Assembly: GCA_021613535.1 (NCBI GenBank)
Contig: CP075492.1
Coordinates: 13,888,001 to 13,952,000, forward strand
DNA length: 64,000 bases
DNA from: Adineta vaga
Taxonomy: Eukaryota > Animalia > Rotifera
Direction: 5' to 3'
Made by a program: the position numbers and the translations under genes. Shown in pieces: positions 38,146-49,500 of this stretch. The notes under the pieces are model-generated. The model saw nothing but the letters and a program-made list of their open reading frames with translations. It made no database searches and was not told the origin of the DNA. Positions within the stretch are counted from its first letter, which is position 1. Every line of letters starts with the position of its first letter.

Positions 38146-39692
38146 ATGAAGATATTTTCATATAGTATGAAATATAGCGCGATGATGTTCGTATGTTTAT
38201 TGAGTGTGTTGAATATAATCTTTATTCATGCACAAGATCCAATCGGTTTGAAAGTACCTGCTTCAAAACGAGGTCTTCTTTTAGGAGCAGCTACTTTAGT
38301 TAGATATTTACGTCCGAATGTTGATCAAGGTCAATATATTTCTAATCTGGTTAAAAACTATCATTTAGTTGTACCTAGAGTTGAAATGAAGCCTTGACAT
38401 ATATGGCGCAGAGGAAATATATACAATTTTACAGATGCTGATTGGCTTTTGGATGCCACACCGAATGAAACAGGTTGGATACAAAAAAATGGCATGCAAT
38501 TGCGTGGCCATACTCTTATTTGGGCGTATGATATGCGGCTGCCAAAATGGTTACTTCAAGAGGAAGCATTGATGACTCCAGTTCAAGCTAAGAATCATTA
38601 AGAGATTACATGCACGCTGTTGTTGGTCGATATCGTGGTAAAATTCTCTGGTGGGATGTAATTAATGAATTAATTTCTGATTATAGTAATACACGACCAT
38701 TTCGTGTCCGAGATTCATTATGGTATCGAAAACTAGGTATGGATTTTGTTAAATATGCTTTTCAATTTGCACATGAAGCTGATCCTGATGCGCAACTTTA
38801 TTATAATGATTATGGTATTGAAGCGGGAGGATGGAAAGCAGATAAAGCTCTTGAAGTAGTTCGTTGGTTAAAATCAGAGGGTGTACCAATTCATGGTTTT
38901 GGTATGCAATGGCATATAAATATATCGAGAAATGTAATTCCCGGAGATATACACTATCAGACAGCATAACGTTTTATTGATGAAAAGGTTCGTTTTATGG
39001 TTACTGAATTAGATATAGCTGTTCCAATGCGTGATGGATTACCTATTAATCCTGATGATATACAAAAACAAGCGACACTCTTTCGTTCAATTTTACAATA
39101 TACTCTTCATTTTTCTTCGCAATCTCCTATATTTGGTACATGGGGTTTTACTGATCGTTATAATTGGTTACCAGCAGCTTCGAATTATACGAAAGGTAAT
39201 GCTTTATTATTAGATAAAAATTATCAACCAAAACCATCATATTGGCAAGTACAAGAAGAATTGGCTCGTGTACTTCTTGATGGTATTTATCGTATTACAC
39301 CTAAAACACAAGTTGATAAATGTCTTGGTACTTCGATGAATAGCACATCTAGAAGTATAAAACTTTTTACTGGAAATTGTAATAATTTAAATCAAAAATG
39401 GAATGTTACATGGTTAGTTGATGGAACTTATCGATTAACAACACGTAATGAAATTGATCGTGCTCTTAGTGTTAATAATGTAACTTCACCCAATGCTCCT
39501 GTTCAAACAACTAAATGGATTGGTGCTACAAATCAAGGATGGGTTCTTACAAATTTTGGAAATAATTTATTTAGTATTGTACCACGAACAGCTTGGCAAC
39601 GTCCATTATCAATGTATCAAACATCAAACATAGGTATCGTCAATGATACAAACAATAATCTACAAAGTTGGCTCTTTACTCTAACACTTTAA
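38146..39692 (+). pseudogene. GH10 endo-1,4-beta-xylanase with C-terminal ricin-B/CBM13; intronless, three lesions
   Basis: Signal peptide, EMKP, LRGHTLIW, WDVINE (acid/base), YYNDY, GMQWH, VTELD (nucleophile), WGFTD and QxW repeats. Lesions: TGA 38395-38397, 1-nt deletion near 38597, TAA 38967-38969. Confidence 0.88.
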
Positions 39693-39752
39693 ACATGTGT
39701 CCTTCTCTATCAATTAACATGAACTAAAAAGACTGTTCTTTTTTTTTGTTAA

Positions 39753-42700
39753 TTATAGAGTTGTAATAATAACTGAATTTAATTGAGGAACATAAGTGGC
39801 ATTGATGTCATCTTGTATATGATTTCTAACAATTCTTTGACAAATAATACATTTTGTATTGCCAACAGATGGTCTGGAATGTGATTCCCAACATTGAGCA
39901 CATGATACTTTATGTCCACAAGGTGTGAAACGTACAGCACGAAGTCGATCTTCACACATCATACATAGTTTCGTTTCTGTTTTTTGTTCAATAGTTTTTA
40001 AATCTGACACTAATTGAATTGCATCTGGTCGATCGTTAGGATTGTAACTGAGACATCGACGAATGAGATCTTCATAAGGTTTTGTGTATTCATCTAATTT
40101 TGGATTTGAACGAAATAAATCATCTAGTTGCTTTTCTTTAACAACATCAAGTCGTTCATAATTACTTTTAGGTAACATTTCGTATAGAAAATGTCCAAAT
40201 GAATAAATATCAGCTGCAGTACCATCATAAGTAGCGAAACTAGTATCTTGAATAGACTGTCTAGCAATTATTTCAGGTGGTATCGGTGCTGTACCCAAGA
40301 TAGTATTACCAGTGAATCCAAATTTGGCTGTACCAAAATCAATGAGATAACATTGTTCATTCTCATCGAGCATTACATTACTTGCCTTTAGATCTCGATG
40401 AACCATTTCACGACGATGAAGTTCAGCAAGTGTTGTAGCAACAGTAAGCGCAAAATTAACAACACGAGTAAACTCGATATGAGCCATATGTCGAATTAGG
40501 TATTGTTGCAACGACATTGGATATTTTGGCATTATTAACCATAGTTCTCGTCGATTATCATCTAAATTATTTTCATAGGTATAAAGAAGTGGAACAATAT
40601 GATCGATATATAGAAGAGTTGCTGCACGATGTAAATGTGCTTCTAATGCAACCATTTTATCATCATTAACTAATGGACGAAGTAACTTTTTCACTGCTAA
40701 ATTATTGTCGGTATGCCATTGTGCTTCATAAACCCCATAGAGACTACTTCGCCCTAATTCATCACCAAGAACAGGACGAATACCATTTCGTTTATGAAGT
40801 TCTATAGCCGCTAATAACTGACATTCAATTTTGGCAAATGTACCAGAAAAATTCGAAATCATATTGTAACGTGTGTGTTGATCGGCTAGATGCTTTTGAA
40901 TATAGATATAATTTTTTTTTGTATTTTTATTGAATAATTTTCTTTGTTCTTCTACCCATGAATATAAATTATGGTTAAATGTATCTTTTTGTTTTTTGAT
41001 TTTTTCCGATAACTCAGTTAAATAGTGATCTGCAAGTTTATGTCGTCCAGTTTCATTCGATAAAGTAGCATAAGTATCCATTGCGTCTAACAATTTATAC
41101 GCATCATCATCATCACCTTTCTTAATTTGTGTATCAATAAATCGATTATAGATATCTTTTCGATAACTACTTAAACGTATCGGTAGACTACGCCAAAAAC
41201 GCGTACATCTCAAGGGTAAAGTGATAAGATTATCAAAAAATACATTGAATAGATTCGTCTTTTGTAATACATCAATAGATAATTCATTTAGAACATGTCG
41301 TTGAGCAACTGTTAGTAATTCATTTTTACGTTGACCACGTTGTACTTGAAAATGATTAGCAATTAAAGTTGTTACTTGATCTCGTTTTGCATTAATGACA
41401 TTATTTGCTGCTACTTTGATGATCTGCTCTCGAACAGCTAATTGAATGTAATCTTGAATACGTTTTGATTTGTCTTGTAATAGTGCATCAATACGGTCAC
41501 CTGTACGCGTAATTAGAGTAGCTTGATTTACAATTTGTTCTTTAAGTTCTTTAAATAATCTATCAATATTGACCATTAAATCATCAATTAATGTTGGTAA
41601 TAACTGTTTATATTCATTAAAAAAGCGACGACCCCATTCGAATGATTCATTACGCAGAGTATAATTGGGTCGATGTTCGTACTGATGATGATGTCATGAA
41701 ATCAAAATAATCATCGATCGTTGCAAGTATATCACGTGCTAGTACAAGTGTTGGCATTGAATAGGCTTCAGCAGCAAATTTCACAATACGTCGAAAACTA
41801 CTTGTATTAATCATATTGGTATATGTTTCCCATGGATCAAAATCTCTTGGTATTGTACAGATATCGAAACATGTCGATTCATCGACAGAACTCGGTAAAC
41901 GACCGAGAACTTCACTTGCCATTTCATGTCGTCGAAGAAGAAGTTCATAACATTTTTGTCGTTTTTCACGTAGCGTTTCATTGAAAAGTTCGATAGGAAC
42001 ATTCTCAGGATCATCATCAAGATAATAATCATTGGCAATTGATATACAATCAGCTTTTGTATTTAAAAAAAAGACAGAAATACGTTCCATAGAACCAAGT
42101 GCATGTTTCATTGCTAGAAAACAACTTTTATCCGTATCACTAATCGTCGCATTATCGTAGAGAAAAACTAATGTTGGTTTAATACGTTTTACTAATTGAT
42201 GTAAATTATCCGTTAGAATTTGTTCACGATTACTTGAAAGAAAGCCAGGTGTATCATAAACATCAATACCTAAAGCGAGAGTATGTGAAGGAAGTGAAAT
42301 TTCAACAAAACATTTCGTCCATTGAGTAAACTCAAGTGATTCTTCATTAATATTATCTGGTCGTTTAACATGCGATCTTATCGCATTGGTAACACCATTC
42401 CAATCCCAATCATCTTGGCTATTGAAAAATGATGATAGATCATTGTCAGTAAGGAGATGAATCTTTTCATTCGTATCATAAACACGGCAACGTGCTTGAC
42501 TACTTTCTGCATATGTCAATTGAACGATACGTGCTGTTACAGATCCTATATCCGATGGTAATATATTTCCTATACTAAGAAAACGTTGAATAAATGATGT
42601 CTTTCCACATGAATTCGGTCCAAATACAACCAAAGATGGTCGATTGGTATTAGCATGTTCATCGATGATAGTGTCTGCTACCTGTTGAAAACGATTGTTT

Positions 42701-42986
42701 ATATTTTCATCACCATCATCATCATCATCAAGATGATCACTAGTATTTGTTGTTAACAATGTAGATTTCGAATTATTTTTAATCTAAGAAAATAAGAACA
42801 GGTTTATGTCATTCGTTTTCTAATTCTTGACAAGATAGTTACACTAGATCGATCTATATCTCGAAGATTTTCTAGGAATTTCAGACGTAATTGTTTAAAT
42901 TCTTTTGCATTTCGACAAACATCTGCTTTTAATTGATACGCACAAGAAAGTGATGTTTTAATATCGGGATCATCATGGAAATTCAT
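39753..42986 (-). CDS. Dynamin-like GTPase-protein kinase-RING fusion (DSTYK-related); one frameshift near 41662
   Basis: Intron 42842-42784 is in frame. G1 GPNSCGKT, G2 VTAR, G3 DTPG, G4 NTKAD. Kinase AVK, HRDLKASN, DFG, GT, DIYSFG. RING CMMC..PCGH..CAQC..CIIC. Coding continues across the frameshift (TLRNESFEWGRRFF). Confidence 0.85.
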
Positions 42987-43024
42987 CTAAAAGAAAAAAT
43001 GAAGACACACATTTCTATTATCAA

Positions 43025-45703
43025 TTAAAACATATCCATAATAAATTTCAGTTTTTTATGTGCGAAATCAGCAGTTATCGGTCTTTCTCGACTAGCATGT
43101 AAACATTTTACAATAAGGTCATAGAATTCTCCAATAATTGCTGTTACTTCTTCACTACGTGCAGCTCGTTTATGAAGAATTTGTCCAATTTCACCAAAAC
43201 CTCTCATATCATCATTCATTCCATCGACTGTCCCTGCTGGATTATGACGCATACTCATATCACACTCGCCATTCCAATTACCCAAATCAATTAATCTAGC
43301 ATGATCATCTTCAGTTAAAAGTATATTATTTAATATAACATTTCGATGTACAAGTTCATTTCCATGCATTACAATTAATGCATCAGCAAGATCAATCATC
43401 CATTGAAGAATTTTTCTTAAAGAAATTGAAGTCGTTGATTGTTCTAAAAATGTATTTAAACTACGTGATATTGGTGGAAAAATCATCCATAATTCTGAAG
43501 TTTCATCATTAATATAATGTTCGTATAGATAATGTATATTAACAAGAGTTGGATGATGTAAATTGACTATTCTTAAATGATAATGTGCTTCATAATAAAC
43601 AGCATATGCTTGATCAACAGTTGGTTGAGTAAGTTTTTTAATAACTAAATTTTTTTCTTCACCCCAATCACCTATGAATGTACTAAACATCGTCGATGTT
43701 GTTATTTCCTGACGAATTTTTGGTAGTTGGTCACGAAATTTTGCCATATCTTGTGCTGCACAAAGTTTACATTCGATAACAATCAATTGTGGAACATATT
43801 GTTTTAAACATTTCAATGTTATTTGATGAGAACTTAATAATGGTGATGCATCTTTATAATGAATTTCAATCAATGATTGTATGACACCTCTTTGATGATC
43901 ACTCCATAATTTAATTGCTTGTTGCATTTTATGACGTTCTTTTTCAATGACAAATTCCATATGCAATAAATATTGACGTACAAGAGATTTAATGTGTTCT
44001 TCCCGATCTCTAGCATCAATTAAAGTTTGTTGTTCGAATTCGTTTCGTTGAGAATAATCTAAATTCTGTAATGTTTGAGCACATTTTATAATTGGTATCG
44101 AAATTGTATTCACCATGTATAATACTATCGTACCGATCGGTCTTTGATCAGAATGATCACCTAATAACATCGTTGCAAAATCACTCATTTCTTGTACACC
44201 TAATGCATTAATTAAAATTTCATTGAATGCAGCACCTCGTGTTAAATTACTATTCGATGTAATATGTTCGAATATGTACCCCATGAATTTTCTCATTGAA
44301 TCGTGAATAGCTGGTTTGAGAATTTGAAGATTGACCGCCGTCTGAATTGTACGTTGAAGTGAGTCGAATGGGGCAAAAATTTTTACAAATACATCGACAA
44401 CTGTTTCACGTTCTTGATTGAATCGTTCAAATATATTTGTGAAGAGATTCTTCAAAAAATCTTCTGTATATATTTTGTAGGCTTCGAAGAAAATCTTCTC
44501 CCAATTTAAAGCATCATATTGTAATTGTATTAGACGTTCGGATGTTTGATAACTTGTTATATGAAGTAGACTAAAGAATGCATCGATTATTGGTAATATT
44601 AATTTACAAATACGCGTTGCAATTGTTAAATCATTATTAGCTACAAATTGAACAATTCGTCCAATGGATGTTTCATTTAACAATGGACCGTATGGTTTCA
44701 TTAAATGAGAATTCACACTAAATAAATCAAAATATTCACATCGATCAACTGATTTTGGTAAGCCTTCTAAATGATCATTGGCAAGAAATGGAGCACGAAG
44801 TAATAAATCATATCGTCGAGCTCGTTCTTCTGCTAATATGGAAATAAAGTCATCGATAGTCATACCTTGTTTAAATTTTAACATTTGATTGATATCAGCT
44901 TTAGAATTCAGAAAGAAAAGACTTGTTGTATCTAAATCAGATAGAGCAGTTTTCATTGCAAGAAAACAACCACGTGTTGCATCATCTGTCGTTGGATTCG
45001 CGTACATGAAGATGATCGTTGGATGAATTAATTCGACTAAATCATGTAAGATATCTTTGAGTACAGGCGCATCGTCGAGAAGAAAACCAGGTGTATCATA
45101 GATATCAATTCCTAGGGCGAGCGTTGGTGAGGGAATATGAACTTCAACAAAATATCGAGCCCATTCTGCAAATTCTTCCGATTTTTCATCTATATTTTCA
45201 GGTCGTTTAACATATTTAGCTAAACTACGAGCAACACCCATCCAGTTAGGTTTTTCACCAGTGAAAAATTCTGTAAGTTTAATTTCATTTTCTGCTAACG
45301 TTGCATCTCGAAGTGATTTTCGAATTCGAATACACGCTTGATCACTCGGAGCATAAGTAAGTTTTGTAATTCGTGCTGTAACAGGACCATCACCGGACGG
45401 TAAAATCTTTCCAACATCTAAAAATCGATGTAAAAATGCTGTTTTTCCACTGGAATTTTCACCACAAAGAGCTAATTGAACTTTATCGGAAGTAATACGA
45501 ACATTTAATTGTTCAATACGCGGTCCTTGAATCAATGGAAATAGAACCTCACGAAATGCTGTTAAATCTTGAATTCCCGAATTTGTTAACAATGCTTGGC
45601 GTAAATTAAGAAATTCATTCACATTCTTTCGTACCATATCACGAATATGTGAATTTATTTGTATAATAGTCTGTAATTTGTGTGTATAATGATCTGTTGC
45701 CAT
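43025..45703 (-). CDS. Dynamin-like GTPase-pseudokinase fusion (892 aa), paralog of the downstream gene
   Basis: G1 GENSSGKT, PVTARI, DTPG and NSKAD. The kinase fold has HRN instead of HRD, DLG instead of DFG, and no Gly-rich loop. Confidence 0.88.
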   Translation of the reverse strand: MATDHYTHKLQTIIQINSHIRDMVRKNVNEFLNLRQALLTNSGIQDLTAFREVLFPLIQGPRIEQLNVRITSDKVQLALCGENSSGKTAFLHRFLDVGKILPSGDGPVTARITKLTYAPSDQACIRIRKSLRDATLAENEIKLTEFFTGEKPNWMGVARSLAKYVKRPENIDEKSEEFAEWARYFVEVHIPSPTLALGIDIYDTPGFLLDDAPVLKDILHDLVELIHPTIIFMYANPTTDDATRGCFLAMKTALSDLDTTSLFFLNSKADINQMLKFKQGMTIDDFISILAEERARRYDLLLRAPFLANDHLEGLPKSVDRCEYFDLFSVNSHLMKPYGPLLNETSIGRIVQFVANNDLTIATRICKLILPIIDAFFSLLHITSYQTSERLIQLQYDALNWEKIFFEAYKIYTEDFLKNLFTNIFERFNQERETVVDVFVKIFAPFDSLQRTIQTAVNLQILKPAIHDSMRKFMGYIFEHITSNSNLTRGAAFNEILINALGVQEMSDFATMLLGDHSDQRPIGTIVLYMVNTISIPIIKCAQTLQNLDYSQRNEFEQQTLIDARDREEHIKSLVRQYLLHMEFVIEKERHKMQQAIKLWSDHQRGVIQSLIEIHYKDASPLLSSHQITLKCLKQYVPQLIVIECKLCAAQDMAKFRDQLPKIRQEITTSTMFSTFIGDWGEEKNLVIKKLTQPTVDQAYAVYYEAHYHLRIVNLHHPTLVNIHYLYEHYINDETSELWMIFPPISRSLNTFLEQSTTSISLRKILQWMIDLADALIVMHGNELVHRNVILNNILLTEDDHARLIDLGNWNGECDMSMRHNPAGTVDGMNDDMRGFGEIGQILHKRAARSEEVTAIIGEFYDLIVKCLHASRERPITADFAHKKLKFIMDMF

Positions 45704-45824
45704 ATTTCAATCTACAATATAGTGTTAGCTTGCAAAACGTGTTTTTTTCTCTACTCTTATACAAGTAGCGGTTAACGTTTATCTTTGACAATGATTGTGA
45801 CGAACAAAAAAAATGAAAGGTAGT

Positions 45825-45849
45825 TATATATATATATGTATATATATAT
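45825..45849. repeat. Imperfect (TA)n microsatellite
   Basis: TATATATATATATGTATATATATAT. Confidence 0.6.
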
Positions 45850-46567
45850 TTATCAACGCGCAGAATAAACTACCAAGATAAATACGTTGCTTTTGTTTGT
45901 TTTTGTAAAACGCAACAATTCTTTAACGAATTTGTTAATCATAACAAATGTGATTTTTTCAAATGCTTATTGTCAATGCATGAGATGGCGAAATTGATGA
46001 AGAATGATCATGGCAGAGAGGAAAAGAAAAAAGAAATTCATTCTTATAATTATTCTTTTTCTGTGATGTTAAAAATGTTTCATATAAGAAACTTTTTACA
46101 ACATCGCAATTTCTCTTAGTTTTGCATCGAACTAAACAAAAAAAAATCCTTCCGATTAGTAAAGTACACACATTTTTTGTTGAATTATCAAAAAATGGGT
46201 GAAAATAAATCACCGAAATATATCGATTGACGTCAATGATATCTTTTTCTTGACAGATAGAACTATTTTATTGTTGATTTTCCTTTGTCCTAAATTATAT
46301 TTTATTGTATTATACAAATATTTTAATAAGATCAAACATCTTCTCGTTTCTACTAACTTTTCTTGGACAACATTAAACTAATAGAAACAACCTTGAAAGA
46401 TTTCTTTGTATACAAAGCAATCGATTGAAATGTTTTAATGGCCATAAAAAATGGACAAGTCAATGATGAACAAAAGAAATATAAAAAGAACGTACTTATC
46501 AGTTTTTCTCTCAGTTGACTTTCTTTGATTATTGTATACTACAAGGACAGCATTTCGTTTGATCAAA

Positions 46568-49500
46568 ATGAGATTTATTGCAAGCTTGAAAATATCGATC
46601 ATTTTAATGATCATCAGGCATGTTTCAAGTAAGTACTGAATTCTTTTTCATTAATCCATATGTGTCTGTATAATTAATCATCTTTTGGTATTTCTAGCAC
46701 TTTCCTATAATCGACCAAAATTCTGCTGGAATTCGTCACGATATGCATCGTGGAGTTCTAGTGAAGAAGTTTTTGCAGCAAGCAATATAATCAAAAAAGA
46801 AGCATTCGATATTTTTATCACTACAAACAATACAATTTATGTTGTTGAACGCGAAGGGAAACGAATTATTGTATGGAATGAAGGGATTGGTACACCGATA
46901 CAAAATATCTCCCGTAATGGAGAGATTCCATTAAGTCTTTTTCTTTCAACATCCAATGAGATTTATATTGGTAGCAGTTCGTCAACTCAAGTTAATAAAT
47001 GGACATTAAATTCATCAACTTCTACTCCAATTATGTATACATGTAACAGATGTTACGACATATTTATTGATATTAATGATAATCTTTATTGTTCAATGAC
47101 ATATAAACATCAAGTTGTGAGAAAATCATTAATTGATAATAAATACGTATTTACAATTGTTGCTGGTACAGGTATTGCTGGTAAAAGTTCTAATATGTTG
47201 AAATATCCTTCTGGAATTGCTCTTGATAATAATTTGAAACTATACGTAGCAGATTGTGGTAATGATCGCGTACAATCATTTTCGTACGGACAAATAAATG
47301 GGATTACAGAGGCAGGAGGTACACCTGTGCCAATCAAGATAAAACTTTCATGTCCATATAGTGTGGTTCTTGATGCCGATAATAATCTTTTCATCGTCGA
47401 ATATTATCAGCAGCGTCTTATTGGATCCGGACCAAATGGTTTTTACTGTATTGCTCGTTGCTCCATTACATGGAGTCTAGGGCTTCTATTCGGTGGATTC
47501 AAACAATTCTATGTTCCACGAAGTCTTAGTTTTGATAGCCATGGAAACATATTTGTTCTTGATAGTGGAACTCAACAAATACTAAAATTCAGTCTTCAAA
47601 CAAATCTGTGCAGTAAGCTTTTAGAAAATAAGAATATCTTTTTAAATGATTTACAATGCATCTTCTTCTAGACAGTAATGATGTATCAACAGCAAGTAAT
47701 GATAAGAAAACACTTTTCATTTATCAATTAAAGCATGTAAAATTCTATTTCGTATAGGTCTGTTAACTACTACACCAGCATTGACTACCCAATTAAATTC
47801 GATAGCCACCTCTGAATCCCCAATAGGTATAAGTCTTTTTAAATAATCAAATTAAAAGCTTAGTTTTTCGTAATAGTTGTGTCCTACAATCGACCCATAT
47901 TCAATGTATTATCATCATGGAAATCAGAAGCAACTACTTTTGCGGATAAAGTGAAGATTGGAGACTTTCCAAATGGTATTTTTATTTCTACGAATAATAC
48001 AATTTATGTTGCAAATCGTGAGAAAAACCAAGTTTTAAAGTGGATCAGTAGCAGTTTAACACAGATTGCTATTTCTGATTTAAAAAATCCATATTCTCTT
48101 TTCCTTACAACAGATGGTGATCTGTTAGTTGATAATGGTCGAATGAAGAATCGTGTGAATAGATGGATATCGAATCCGTCTAATTCGGATTCTGTTATTT
48201 TTGTTCCGAATGGATGTTATAGTCTCTTTGTTGATATTATCAATACACTTTATTGTTCATTACGCGAAGGAAATCAAGTTATAGCAAAGTCATTAGATGA
48301 TAATTCCAGTACAACGACCGTTGTTGCTGGTATAGGTTGCAGTGGATCTGCTTCAAATATGTTGAATGATCCACGTGGAATTTTTGTTGATACTGCTTTG
48401 AGATTATATATTGCTGATGCTTCGAATAATCGAATTCAACTTTATGAATCAGGACAATTCAATGGAACTACTGTTGCAGGACGTTTATCTGTTAGTGTGA
48501 CGATCGTACTTAATTTTCCCACAGGTGTTGTTCTTGATGGTAATAATTATATGTTTATTGTGGATGCTGGAAATCATCGTGTTGTTGGATCAGGACCAAA
48601 TGGTTTCCGATGTGTAGCTGCATGTACGGGAAAGTCTGGTAAAAAATCCAATCAATTAGATACACCGCGAAGTCTTAGTTTTGATAGCGATGGAAATATG
48701 TATGTTGTTGATTCTGGAAATGATCGAATTCAAAAATTTACTTCATTACGTAGTAACATTGGTAAGTAATCAATAAAACTCAGTTAGATATTCGTCTCTC
48801 ATAGATTTCAAGATTTTTATTTGATTTTTTGGTAAGAGAAAGATTATAGGCACTTTGTTTCTTCTAGTTGCGTCGTATAATCAACCGAAATTGAGTGCAT
48901 CAACATCGTGGAATCCAAATGCCATCACTCTTGCCGATTCCACAACAGTTGGCATACAGCCCATTGGTATATTTATTACTACGAATAACACGATTTATGT
49001 TGGTGATCATACAAATAAACGAATTCAGTTATGGTCAAACGATACTGTTAATTCAACACAAATCAATTTTCCTCATATGGATCCTCTGTATGCTATTTTT
49101 ATTACGACGAATGGTGATATTTTTATTGGTAACGGAAGTAATAGTGGTCAGGTAATAAAGTGGACTTCAGCTACCAATACTACGGATGTTGTTATGAATG
49201 CAAGTGGATGGTGTTATGATATTTTTATTGATATTACTAATAATCTATATTGTTCATTAGGCGCTGAGCATCAAATTATAAGAAAATCGTTAGATAATAA
49301 CTTGAGTATAGAGAAAGTTGCTGGCACAAGCGGAAATGGTTCTACTGCAGATATGCTTAATAAACCTCATGGAATTTTTGTCGATAGCGATTTGAATTTA
49401 TATGTAGCTGATTGTTTTAATCATCGTATTCAATTCTTTCAACCAGGACAGTTAAATGGAACTACAGTTGCCGGTATTGGTTCTACCAATGTGACAATTA

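Noticed and set aside
8393-38969. Alternative genetic code or selenocysteine explaining in-frame TGA/TAA
   Set aside because: TAA and TGA terminate normal genes here and are absent from long intact ORFs. The F-box TGA is at a non-Cys position, and the GH10 gene also has a frameshift.
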